NCBI GenBank assembly: GCA_938012815.1
Contig: CALLVV010000059.1
Location: 4,129-68,128 of the forward strand
Length of the DNA: 64,000 nucleotides
Source of the DNA: an uncultured Propionibacteriaceae bacterium
Lineage (GTDB): Bacteria; Actinomycetota; Actinomycetes; Propionibacteriales; Propionibacteriaceae
Reading direction: 5' to 3'
The notes under the pieces: model-generated
Database searches by the model: none
Told to the model about the DNA's origin: nothing
The model's input: the letters and a program-made list of their open reading frames with translations, nothing else
Program-made: the position numbers and the translations under genes
Shown: positions 33,781 through 46,100 of the stretch, piece after piece
Layout of the letters: each line of letters opens with the position of its first letter
Numbering within the stretch: the stretch's first letter is position 1

Positions 33781-34163
33781 CATGGTCAAGAAATACACAT
33801 CCAAATGAATCCGGAAGACAACTCGACACACCTCGAGCGAGTCTTGTGCAAGCCTGAATGGTACCCACTCTTCTGCCGGATCAACTTCGCGACGGGCAAA
33901 GAGGAAACCTACCACTCAGAACCCGATCGGACAGGAACATCTCTCTCCTGACCGCATATCCGGCGACGGAAGCCTCCGCAGATTCGAGAAGTTGTCGCGC
34001 AACGCATCGTCCATGATTGATGCACCTGAAAAATCAATCACAATTACAAATGTTTGATGGCTTCCGAGGTCTGACCGCGACGCCACGCCTCGCCTCTCGA
34101 TCAAACACACCCAGCGATTTAGTCATTGAATGTCGCAGACGCCGTTTTAGGAGCTTTTCTCCC

Positions 34164-37100
34164 ATGACCGAACCCACCCTTCCCATGTCCCCTGCCCAGC
34201 AAGGCATGTATTTCGACAGCCAGCTTCGACAGTCCGCTGACTATCACATCGCGATTGAGCTGTGCACAGAGCATCTTTCCCGTTCACGTCTGACCCAGGC
34301 GGTCAGCGCAGTCGTGGCGGAACAACCGGCATTGCGCGCGTCAGTCGCCAGAAACGAGTCCGGACCCGTGTACACGATCGCCGAATCGGTCGAGGCACCT
34401 GTGCGTCACCACGACCTGACAGGTGCTGAGGAGAACTTGGACAAGATCTTCCACACGGCCCGGCACACGCCTTTCCAGCTGAACACCGCCCCTCTGTTCC
34501 GAGTGGTGGCAGCTCGTCTGCCCGACGGAGACCGTCTGCTGGTCGTGTGCCACCACCTCATCGCCGACGGACAGTCGGTGAGCATCCTCACCGACCGCAT
34601 CATCGACTTGGCCCGGGGAACCCGGGAGATCACCGCATCACGCACCGACCAGGGACTGTTCACCTATCAGAACGGTCAGCTCAGCCGGCCATCGCCCGAG
34701 ACACTGGCTCGGCGCGAGAGTTTCTGGTCCGAAAACCTACCCCGCCACCGGATCCCGCAACTCGATCACTGGTTGCTCGCCTCCCCACACGAGGACGCAG
34801 CCCGGGAGTTCCGCCTGACCGTGCCCCGCGACACCGCCGAAGCCGTCCGCGAAACCGCGCAGGAGGCCGAGGTTTCCGAGTTCACCGTGTATCTGGCGGC
34901 CTTCGGAGCACTGCTCGCGCACTACGCCGGTGAGGACCAGGTCTCCTTCGCGAGTCCCTTCATGGATCGCCCTCACCTGGAGATGGAGAACAGCATCGGT
35001 TGTTTCATCCGGACACTTCCGGTACTGATTGACGTCTCACCCGGTCTGAGGGTCCGCGACCTGCTGGAACGTACGCGTTCCGAGGTGATGGGTCTGTGGC
35101 GAAACCTCGACTTCCCGGTCGCCCGCAAACTGTCGGGGCTGTCAAGTGCAGGCCTGTTCGACATCACCTTCATCCACGACGCCTACCCCGAGCTACCCGA
35201 GGGCGTCCGCGCGGCCACACATCCCGACGAGGTTCACTTCCCCGGCCGGCTCACCGTGACCATCGAACAGCTCGGGGACAACACCGACATCGTGATCTGG
35301 TACAAGGAATCCGCGCTCACCGCCGAGCGTGCGGCACGGTTCGCCGAACGCCTCCTGGCCCTGATCCAGCAGATCCCCACGCACCTCGACGTACCCGTGA
35401 CGGAGCTGCAACCCATGTCCGCCTCCGAGCGCAGCGACCTGCTGGCCGCGTCACGCGCGACCCACTACTTCGACTGGGACCCGACCGACCTGGGTACCCT
35501 CTTCCTCAACCGCACGAATGCCGATCCGGCACGTGAGACGTGGTTTGACGAGACTCGTGGATACACCAATGCCTGGGCCCATGACGCGGCAGTGCTGGTG
35601 CAGCGCCACATCCTTGATGCCATCGGGGCGGACAAGCGTCCGGTCGCCGTCCTTCTGCCACGTGGGGCGACCCTGCTGGCGGCCATCCTGGGAACGGTGT
35701 TGTCTGGACACCCGTACGTTCCCCTGTCCGAGCACATGCCTGCCGCCCGCATCCTGGACATGCTGAGCGACGCCGATGCAGCGGCCGTGATCACCTTCTC
35801 GGATCTGGAACTGGAGCTTCCGGACCAGGTGAAGCGACTCGACCTGGACACCTGTGATGACGTCGCCGCACTGACCGGCGATCACCGCGACACCATCGCC
35901 GAAATCCCGGCCCCCGTCGACAGGGCACCCGAGGACCTGCTCTACATCGAGTACACATCCGGTTCCACCGGCCGCCCCAAGGGCGTGGCGATCACACATG
36001 CGAACGTTCAGAACACGGCGCTGGACCTGGAACGACGATTCCCCCTGGGACGCGACGACGTGTTCCTGCTCAAGACCTCGTTCACCTTCGACATCTTCGG
36101 AACCGAGCTCTATGGCTGGCTCGTCGGTGACGGGCGTCTGGCCATTCTCCCCGTCGGCCAGGAGGGTGACCCACAGGCCTTGGCAAGGGCTGTCCGTACC
36201 TACGGCGTGACCCACCTGAATTCGTCCCCCACCATGCTGCGCGTCCTGCTCGCGACCATCGAGAGCACCGGTCGGCGTCACGATCTCGATGGCCTGACCC
36301 ATCTGTTCTCTGGCGGAGAAGCACTGACCCCGGACATCATCGAACGTTTCCACGCCCTGGGACTCCCGTGCACCCTGGAGAACGTCTACGGCCCCACCGA
36401 GGCCACCATGTGGGCCACCCACACGCGTATCCATCCTGAGGACTCGGTGGCGAACGCTCCCATCGGCACCCCCTTGAACGATTACCGGATCTACATCCTG
36501 AATCGTCGGGGCGAGTTGTGCGGCGCCGACCTGCCCGGCGAGGTCTGCATCGCTGGAGCAGGTGTCGGTGTGGGCTACCTGAACCGCGAGGAACTCACCG
36601 CCCGGCAGTTCGTGGAGAATCCCTTCTTCGACGCGGACATCGATCCCGAGCACATGCGACGCATGTACCGCACCGGCGATCTGGGATTCCTGCGTCCCGA
36701 CGGTCGTTTCGCGTTCTCGCGCCGCATCGACCGCCAGGTCAAGGTCGGGGGTCTCCGCGTGGAGCTCGGCGAGATCGAGCAGGCCCTGCATCGCATCGAC
36801 GGGGTCGTCGAGGCCGCGGTCCTGGTCGATGATTCGGCGGCGGAACCGCGACTCGCAGGCTTCTACGCGTCCGAATCCCCAATCCCGGCGGACCGGATTC
36901 GCGCTTCCCTGGGCAAGGTGCTGATCTCCCAATTCATCCCATCGGTGCTCATGCAGGTCGATGCCCTGCCGACATCCGCCGCCGGGAAGCTGGATCGCGC
37001 CGCCCTGCGCGCACTGCTCGATCAGCAGAATGACCACACAGATGCTTCCGTCACCACCACGGTTGCCACCCGGCTCGCGGACCTGTGGCAGAACGTACTC

Positions 37101-40100
37101 GGTCGTCCGATAACCGACCACCACCGCACGTTCTTCGAGGCCGGAGGCACGTCACTGAGCCTGATGCGGTTGCAGCTGCGGCTCCAGGAAACCTTCGGAA
37201 CCCAGATCGGCATCACCGATCTGCTCAGCCACCCCACCATCGCGGCCCAGAGCGAGCTGGTGGAGCCCCAGCGGGTTTCGTCCGAGAAATCCACCGGTCC
37301 CGCTCACACCCTCGGCGACGACATCGCCATCATCGGGATCGGCCTGCAGGTGCAGAAGGCCCAGGACGTGCACGATTTCTGGAAAATTCTGGTCGCCGGC
37401 GAGGAAACCATCACCTTCCATGACGACGATGAACTCCGCCGCCTCGGAGTTCCCGAGCACCAGCTGCGCGATCCCAACTACGTCAAGGCCTCCGGTCGCA
37501 TCGAGGGAATCGACGAGTTCGACGACCATCTGTTCCGGATCGCGCCAGCGGAGGTGGACGTCACGTCCCCCCAGCTGCGCCTGCTGTACAAATGTTTCTG
37601 GTTGGCCTGTGAGGACGCGGGCTACGACCCCCGGAAGCTGCCGGGACGAGTGGGAGTCTTCGCGGCGGGCAGCGACGACTTCGAATGGTATCAGCGCACC
37701 GTCATGAACCCCGCCTCGTTCGGGGATGCGTATCAGAACTTCACCCTGGCCACCAACCATTTCCTCAGCACCCGGTTGTCCTACCACTTCGACCTCACCG
37801 GCCCCTCGCTGTCGGCCCTGTCCGGCTGTTCCTCGTCGCTGCTGACGGTGCACCTAGCGGTTCAGGCGCTGCGTTCCGGGGAATGCGACCTGGCAGTGGC
37901 CGGCGGCGTCACCGTGGAGCTGCCCAACGGGGGTGGCTATCAGTGGACTGACGGCATGATGCTGTCTCGCGACGGCCACTGCCGGCCGTTCGACGCCGAC
38001 GCAAGCGGCACGGTGTTCTCCAACGGCGCCGCCCTTCTGGTACTCAAACCGTTGACGAGCGCTCGACGCGATGGCGACCCCGTCTACGCCGTCATCAAGG
38101 GCTCTGCAAGCGGCAACGATGGCCGACGCAAACAGTCCTACACCGCCCCCAGCGAGGACGGGCAGTACGAAACCATCTCCGCCGCCTACCGCACTGCGGG
38201 CATCGATCCCGCCACGGTGAGTTTCGTCGAGGCCCACGGGACCGGGACGCTGCTGGGTGATCCCATCGAGGTGGCCTCGTTGGCACGGGCCTTCTCGACA
38301 GCACCGATGGGGAGCTGCCTGCTCGGCTCGGTCAAGGGCAACATCGGGCACACGGACTCCGCCGCAGGTGCTGTCGGGCTGAGCAAGGTGGCGCTCAGTC
38401 TCAAGCACCGGTTGTTTCCGGGCACCCTCAACTTCTCCCGCCCCAACCCTCACATCGACTTCGAGGCCACACCGTTCGAGGTGTCGTCGACGAACCGTTC
38501 CCTGGATGGCGACCAGATCCGCGCAGGCATCAATTCCTTCGGAGTAGGAGGCACGAACGTGCACATGATTCTCGACGAGGCACCTGTCCTCCCGGAGACG
38601 GACGACCAGCCCCACACGTTGCTGCAGTTCTCCGGGGCCAGCCGGGAGGCCATGATCCGCACCGCGAAACGCATCGTGGAGCACGTGGCCGCTGACAACT
38701 CGGTGAAACTCGCCGACGCCGCCGTCACCCTTCGTTCGCGCGCCGAGCTGCCCCACCGCGGCACCCTGGTGATCTCCCCGGACGAGCCTCGCGACACCGA
38801 CGCGTGGATCAAACGCCTGCACCACAGCGAGCTGCCCGCCGAGACATCGCGACCCCGCGTCGCCCTCCTCTTCTCCGGTCAGGGCAACCAGTACCACCGA
38901 ATGGGCCACGGCCTCTACACCAGCGACAGCTCCATCGGAGGGATGTTCCGCGGCTGGATGGACGACCTGATCGACATGCTGCCCCGGGACGATGCCCGCG
39001 ACTTCCGCGAAGTGCTCCACACCGGTTCCGACGACGGTCGCATCCACCGCACCGAATGGTCGCAGTTCGCTCTGTTCAGTACCCAGTTCGCGCTGGCGAA
39101 GGTCCTCGAATCCTTCGGGATCGTCCCTGATGTTCTCCTCGGGCACAGCGTCGGCGAGCTGACCGCAGCCGCCCTGGCCGGGGTGTGGGGCCCGGAGGAC
39201 GCTGCCCGCCTGGTGCGCGAACGCGGGCTTCTCATGCAGTCCCAGCCTCCCGGGATCATGATTGCCACGCTGGCCCCCGCAGCGCGCGTCGCCGACGCGA
39301 TCGCAGGAACACCCGATGCCTGGGTCTGCCTCGACAACTCGCCCGAACGCTCCGTGGTCGGCATGGCACCACACGCTCTTGATGACGTGTTGGCGAAACT
39401 GGATGCCGCGGGCATCATCGGCACCCGGCTGCACACGTCCCAGGCCTTCCACACCCCGATGATGGATGCTGCGGCCACCGCTTTCACCGCTGCGGTGGCG
39501 AAGGTGACCTCACGGGACCCCCGGCTCCCGATCATCTCGAATCGTTCCGGACAGCTCGTGCGTCCCGGCGAGATGACCGAGCCCGGCTATTGGGGTGACC
39601 ACATAACCGGCGCGGTGCGGTTCACCGACAGCATCACCACGCTGCTGGCCGACGGGCCGGTGTTGGGAATCGAAACCGGCCCCGGCAACAGCCTGGCCAC
39701 GTTCGTCGCCCAGGTCGGCGGCACCGATCGCCAAGTGGTGGGCCTGGTGCGTCACGCAGCCTCCGACGTGGCCGACGAGGCCCATCTGCTGGCCGGGCTG
39801 GGGGACCTGTGGATCGCAGGTCTGCCCCTGGACTGGTCCGAGCACGACACCGGCCATCGCAGGTCGTTGCCCGGATACAGTTTTGACGCCGATCCGCACC
39901 CGGTTTCCGGCGGAACCGCGGCCGTCACCACACCGGTCCGGGAGGAACCGAGATTCGTCCACACCAACCGGCTCGACGCGTTCCGTGACGCCTTCCGTCA
40001 GGTGCTGGGTCACGCCGACGTGTCTGCCGACGACAACTTCTTCACCCTCGGCGGCGATTCCCTCAAGGCCACCGGCCTGACGGCCCAGCTCAAGGCCCTG

Positions 40101-43100
40101 CTCGGCGTGGAAGCCACCGTGGCAGACGTGTTCGCAGCCCCCACCCCCGCGGCCCTCGAGGCGCGTCTCCGCACGGAAACTGCCGTCACCCACATGGCCA
40201 AGGCACCCGAGGCGGCCGATCATCCCCTCAGCCCCGCACAGGAACGCATGTACCTGGCCGCCCGGCTCGACCCGGAGTCCGTCACCTACAACATGGCATC
40301 AGCCACTTGGCTGAACGGCCTCCTGGACCGCGACCGGTTGCGTTCCGCGCTGGCGCGGCTGGTGGAACGTCACGAGCCGCTGCGCACCACGTTCGCGGCA
40401 CGGAACGGCGAGATCCGCCAAGGCCTGACCCGCATCGATCGGAACGATCTCCCACTGAGCTTCACCCGCGGTCCCGCCACCCCCGAATCGGCCGGGGAGC
40501 ACCTGGCCCGGTTCGTCCGCCCGTTCAACCTCGAGACGGGTCCCCTGTTCCGCATGGAGATCGTCGAGGACACGAACGCGAGCCTGCTGCTGTTCGACCT
40601 CCACCACATCATCGGTGATGCCACCTCTGCAGAAATCCTCGCACGCGACTTCGGCGAGTTGTACGACACGGAGCTGCCACCACTGCCCCACCAGTACACC
40701 GACTACATCCACCACGTTCGAGTCGTGGAACAGGATGAGAATCTCGCGGAGGCGGAGAACGCCCTGCTCACACAGCTGACCGATCCACCCACCGCAGACG
40801 TGCTTCCTCTTGACCGCCCCCGCGCAGAACGCGCTTCCGGTGCGGGCCGCGTCGCCTGGACCCTCAGCGCCGAAAGAGCCGCGGAACTGACCGAACTCGC
40901 CGAGGCCCGTCAGGCCACCCTCTCTATGGTGATGTTGGCGGCCTGGGGTGCGGTTCTGTCCCGCTACAACGGAACCGAGGACCTGGTGATCGGCACCCCG
41001 GTCAGCGGACGCACGCTGGCCGAGACCCGGGAAATGATCGGCATGTTCGTCAACATGCTTCCCATTCGTCTGAAACCGCATTCCGGCACGAGTTTCGACG
41101 ACTACCTGGCAGACACCCGCACCACCATGCTGGATGCCCTGTCCGCCCAGGACGTGCCCTTCGACCGGATCGTGGAGAAACTCGGCCAGCGGAGAACGGC
41201 AGGACGCCACCCCCTGTTCGACGTGTCCTTCGACTACCACAACATGGAACACCACCAACTCCGCATCGGTGGCCTGAAAGGTCAGCAGATCGAGACCGAT
41301 CCCCTCGCAGTGGGTATGGACCTGGTCATCACGGCAACCGAGACCGCCGACGGCATCCAATTCCTGCTGGACTACTCCTCCGACCTGTTCGACGCCAGCA
41401 CCATCACGAGTCTGGCACACCATCTCGACGCCTTCCTGGAACACGTCTGCGCTGATTCCACCGCACCCATCGGTACCATCAGCATCTACACCGAGGCCGA
41501 ACACGACGCCTGGTTGTCCCGGCTCATCGGCGCCCCCTTCACTGCCATTCACGACCTGGTGGCCCGGCAGGCCGTTGAACGCCCCCAGGCCACTGCCGTG
41601 ATCGACGGCACCGGCCGGTCCTACAGCTTCGCCCAGCTCGATGCCCACGCCAACGCCGTGGCCACCCGCCTTCTGGAAGCCGGGGTGAGCCCCGGCGATC
41701 CCGTGGCCCTGGTCACGGTGCGCGATGCTTCCCTGCTCATCGCACAACTCGCCATCTGCAAGGCCGGAGGGGCCTATGTTCCGCTGGACCCCACCCAGCC
41801 TGTCGATCGTCACGCCAGCATCCTCGATGACGCCCGGCCCCGCGTGGCTCTTGCCCCGGCTGGATTCACCAGTACGGCAACAATCCCCACCGTGATCGAT
41901 CTGGCCACGTGCACCCAGGCCGGAACGAAGCACTTCAATGGCCCGAAGGTGTCGGCGGACAGCCCCGTCTACGTCGTCTACACCTCCGGCTCCACGGGAC
42001 GCCCGAAAGGCATCGCCGTGAAGCATCGCGGACTGGCGAACCTGTTCCAGGATCACCTGCGACGGGACATCTTCGCACCGGGTGAGGTCATCATCAGCCT
42101 GGCCGATCCCACCTTCGACATCTTCGCCTTCGAAAGCCTGATTCCCCTGGCAGCCGGCGCCACCGTCCACCTGTGTCCCTCCGAGGACCAGAAGGATGCC
42201 TCCGCCATCGCCCGGCGGATCGCCGCCCATCGGGTGACCCACATCCAGGTTCCCGTCTCGAAGATGACGGCGTTGTGCGGCAACCGCCGGTTCCGCGACC
42301 AGCTTCCCCGCCTCCGTGTCATCGTGTGTGGCGGTGAGCACTTCTCCGAGAACCTGGTCGATCTGCTGCACGACAACACCGATGCACGGATCTTCAACAT
42401 GTACGGCCCGACGGAGACCACCGTCACCACCACGGTGAAGGAACTCGCTCCCGGCGACGCGGTCACGATCGGCTCACCCATTTTCGGCTCCCACGTCCTG
42501 GTGGTGGGAGAAACCGGCATGGCGCAACCCGCCGGTGTCCCCGGAGAGCTGTGCATCGCCGGGCAGGGGCTCGCCGCCGGCTACGTCAACCGTCCGGATG
42601 AGACGCGACGCGCCTTCACCACACTCCCGGAGCTCCCGGAGCTCCCGGTGTACCGCACCGGCGACGTGGGCGTTGCCCTGCCCAACGGCGAAATCCTGTT
42701 GAAGGGCCGTACCGACCACCAGGTCAAGGTCAACGGCAATCGCATCGAACTCGGCGAGATCGAACAGACCGCCATGCGCGCCCCCGGGATCACCTACGCG
42801 ATCGCGCTCGTCGAGGACGGTGACATCGTGTGCTACTTCACCACCGACGAGTCCGCCAAGGACCCCGTGACCGCGATCCGTTCCGCGATCGCCGCTTCCC
42901 TCCCGTGTTACATGACACCCCAGCACTTCCATCAGGTATCTGACATGCCCCGTCTTCCCAACAACAAGATCGATCGTTCGGCCCTCAGCACCCTCCGTCC
43001 CGACACCCAACCGGCGACGAAAGCACCCACCGGAACAGATTTCCTGGACGTCATCATGAGCACCTGGACCCAGGTACTCGGCCGTGGCGTGGCAGCAGAC

Positions 43101-46100
43101 GACAATTTCTTCGACATCGGCGGCAACTCCTTCAAGCTGATGCTGGTCAACAACCAGCTCAACGAGATTCTCGACCGCGAGATCCCGTTGGTGCAGTTGT
43201 TCGAGTACCCCACCCCGCGGGCGCTCGCAGCGATTCTCGACAACGGTGGGGCGCCGGAACGGCCACGGACGGAGAGGACCTTCTCCCTGGAGGACCTGAG
43301 CGACGTCGAGGACCAGGGCACCTCCGATGCCCCGATGCTCCCCGAGGACCGAAACACATCCGCTCCGCCCGTGAGCAGGCGCATCGCCGTGGTGGGAGTC
43401 GCAGGAACTTTCCCGGGCGCACCCTCCGTGAGGGAACACTGGAACAACCGCGCGAACGGCGTGGTCAGCGTCCGACGTTTCACTCGAGACGAGCTGTTGG
43501 CCTCGGGCATCGACCAGACCATCGTCGATCATCCGGACTATGTTCCCGCCCGCGGCCACATCGCGGCCGACACCTTCGATTTCGACTTCTTCTCCTATTC
43601 GCGACGCGACGCCGAGACGATGGACCCACAGCTCCGGCTACTCCACGAAACCGCCTGGCACACGTTGGAGGACGCCGGCTACGACCCCCGACGGCTCCAC
43701 GGTGACGTCGCGCTGTTCGCAGGCAGCGGAACCAATTTCGCCTGGCTTGCCGGTTTGCTGCAACAACATTCAGAGCCGTTGGCTGCCTTCGAGGCGATGA
43801 CCAGCAATGAAAAGGACTTCCTGGCCACCAAGGTCGCCTACAAACTCGACCTGACGGGGCCCGCGGTCACAGTACAGACCGCCTGCTCCACGTCGCTGGT
43901 GGCCATCCATGAAGCGGTCTCGTGTCTGCGTCGCGGTGAGGCCGATATGGCACTCGCCGGCGGGGTGGCGCTGAACTTCCCGCGCGTCGAAGGGTACGTG
44001 TGGCACGACGGGATGATCCTCAGCCCCGATGGCACCTGTTGTCCGTTCTCCGCAGACGCCTCGGGCACCGTGGCTGGTCAGGGCTGTGGCATGGTACTGC
44101 TCAAACCGCTCGACCGGGCGCTCGGCGACGGTGATCATATCTACGCCGTCATCGCGGGTTCAGCCATCAACAATGACGGTGACGCCAAGGTCGGTTACAC
44201 CGCACCCGGCGTGCAGGGTCAGGAACGGGTGATCCGGAGCGCGCTCGCCGACGCGGGGATCAGCGCGGACGAGGTGGACTTCGTGGAGACCCACGGAACC
44301 GGAACGGCCCTGGGAGATCCGATCGAGTACACGGCCCTGTCCCACGTCTATGGCCAATCCTCACCGTGCGCACTGGGAGCGGTGAAAGCGAACATCGGCC
44401 ATCTCGATGCCGCCGCAGGCGTGGCCGGGTTCCTGGGCGCTGTCGGTGTCCTCCACCAGCAGCAGATCCCGCCGCTGGCCAATTTCGCCGAGCTCAACCG
44501 GGCCATCGATCCCGCCGGACAGCTGTACGTCCCCGTCGGCCAGGCCGTGGCGAGCACAGTGCGCAAGGCAGCGGTCAGTTCCTTCGGTATCGGAGGTACC
44601 AACGCACACATCATCCTGGAGCAGGCCCCACCCACCGATGATGGGGAAGTCGCACCGACCTCCTCGGTGATCCTCGGTGTCTCCGCCCGCACCGAGGAGT
44701 CCCGGCGCCGGATGCAGTCCGATCTGGTGGACGCGATCGGCTCAGGAGCCCCCATCAGGGACGTTGCGTACACACTCGCGACCGGCCGCAGCGAATTCGA
44801 TTCCCGAGCAGCGGCTCTCGTTTCTCCCGGAGCGCCACTGACGTGGATGGATGCGGACACCCCCGCCATGCTCGGTGAGGCCTCGGATGACGTCCACCTC
44901 GTGGTCGCGGACCACCGCGACGCAGAGGACGCCCTCGTCGACGCCTACCTGGAACAGGTTGAGCTGTGGTTGTCGCGATTCGATGCGAAGGCCCGCACCG
45001 CCGTTCAGGACGCGCTGACAGGACGCTCCGGGGACGGGATCGTCCGTCGCATCGCTCAGTTCGTGCTGCGTGCCGCGCTGCTGTCCACCCTGGGGCCTGA
45101 TTGCCTGACCGCCCGCCACGGACAGGACCGGCTCCTGCGTGTGGCCCGCGCCCACGCGACCGGCATGCTTGATGCCTCCCAGGCAATGTCCCGGCTTCGT
45201 TCCCGTGACATCCCGGTTCCCGCTCTGCCACCCATCGCGGATGGCACCACGGTGACCGGCCCGATCACCGGAGATCTTCTACGCACCCTGTTGGCATCTC
45301 TCTGGGTTCGAGGTGCCGATGTCGATCGCAACTGGTTCCACACCGGGGGTCACAGGATTTCGCTTCCGGGTTATGCCTTCGTCCCGCAGCGCCTCCCATC
45401 GGATGTACGCCTCGACCAAATGCTGAAAGCCACGGAACGGACAGGAGCCGCCCCCGCGACGGTGCCCGCCCCCACCGACCCGGCTGAGCCGCAGGACGCA
45501 GGAGATGCCTTGAAAGCTGCCTGGGCCAAGGTCATCGGCACCGTACCGGAGGAGACGGATGACTTCCTCACCAGCGGAGGCGACTCCCTGACCGCCGTAC
45601 ACCTGTGTTCCCTGATCAAGGAGGCCACGGGTCAGGCCCTGAGCGTTCGCGACGTCTTCGCCACCCCGACCTTCGGTGCGCTGCGGGCCCAACTGGCCGG
45701 ATCGGTCGTGAAGAGTGCCGCTCCAGAACTCGCCGTCGAAGCGGTGCACGGGCTGTTCCCCGCATCCGCCGCCCAGCGCAGAATCTATGCGCTCTGCTCG
45801 ATGCGAAACGACACGACCGCCTACAACATGGCCATCGACCACAAGGTCACGGGACACCTCGACATCGACAGGCTCCGGCGGGCCTGTGCGGCGCTGGTGA
45901 GCCGCCACGATCAGCTGCGCGCTTCTTTCCACCTGGAGGGAACCGACCTCATGATGCACGTCCACACTGAGGTTTCCGATGTCGTGACGCACGAACGTGT
46001 GACGGCGCAGGAGGCCAGGCGGCGACTCGCCGCTGAGCCCAGGGCGTTCGACCTGACCCGGGCGCCGCTGTTCCGCGTGGAAGTGCTGACCGTCAACGAC

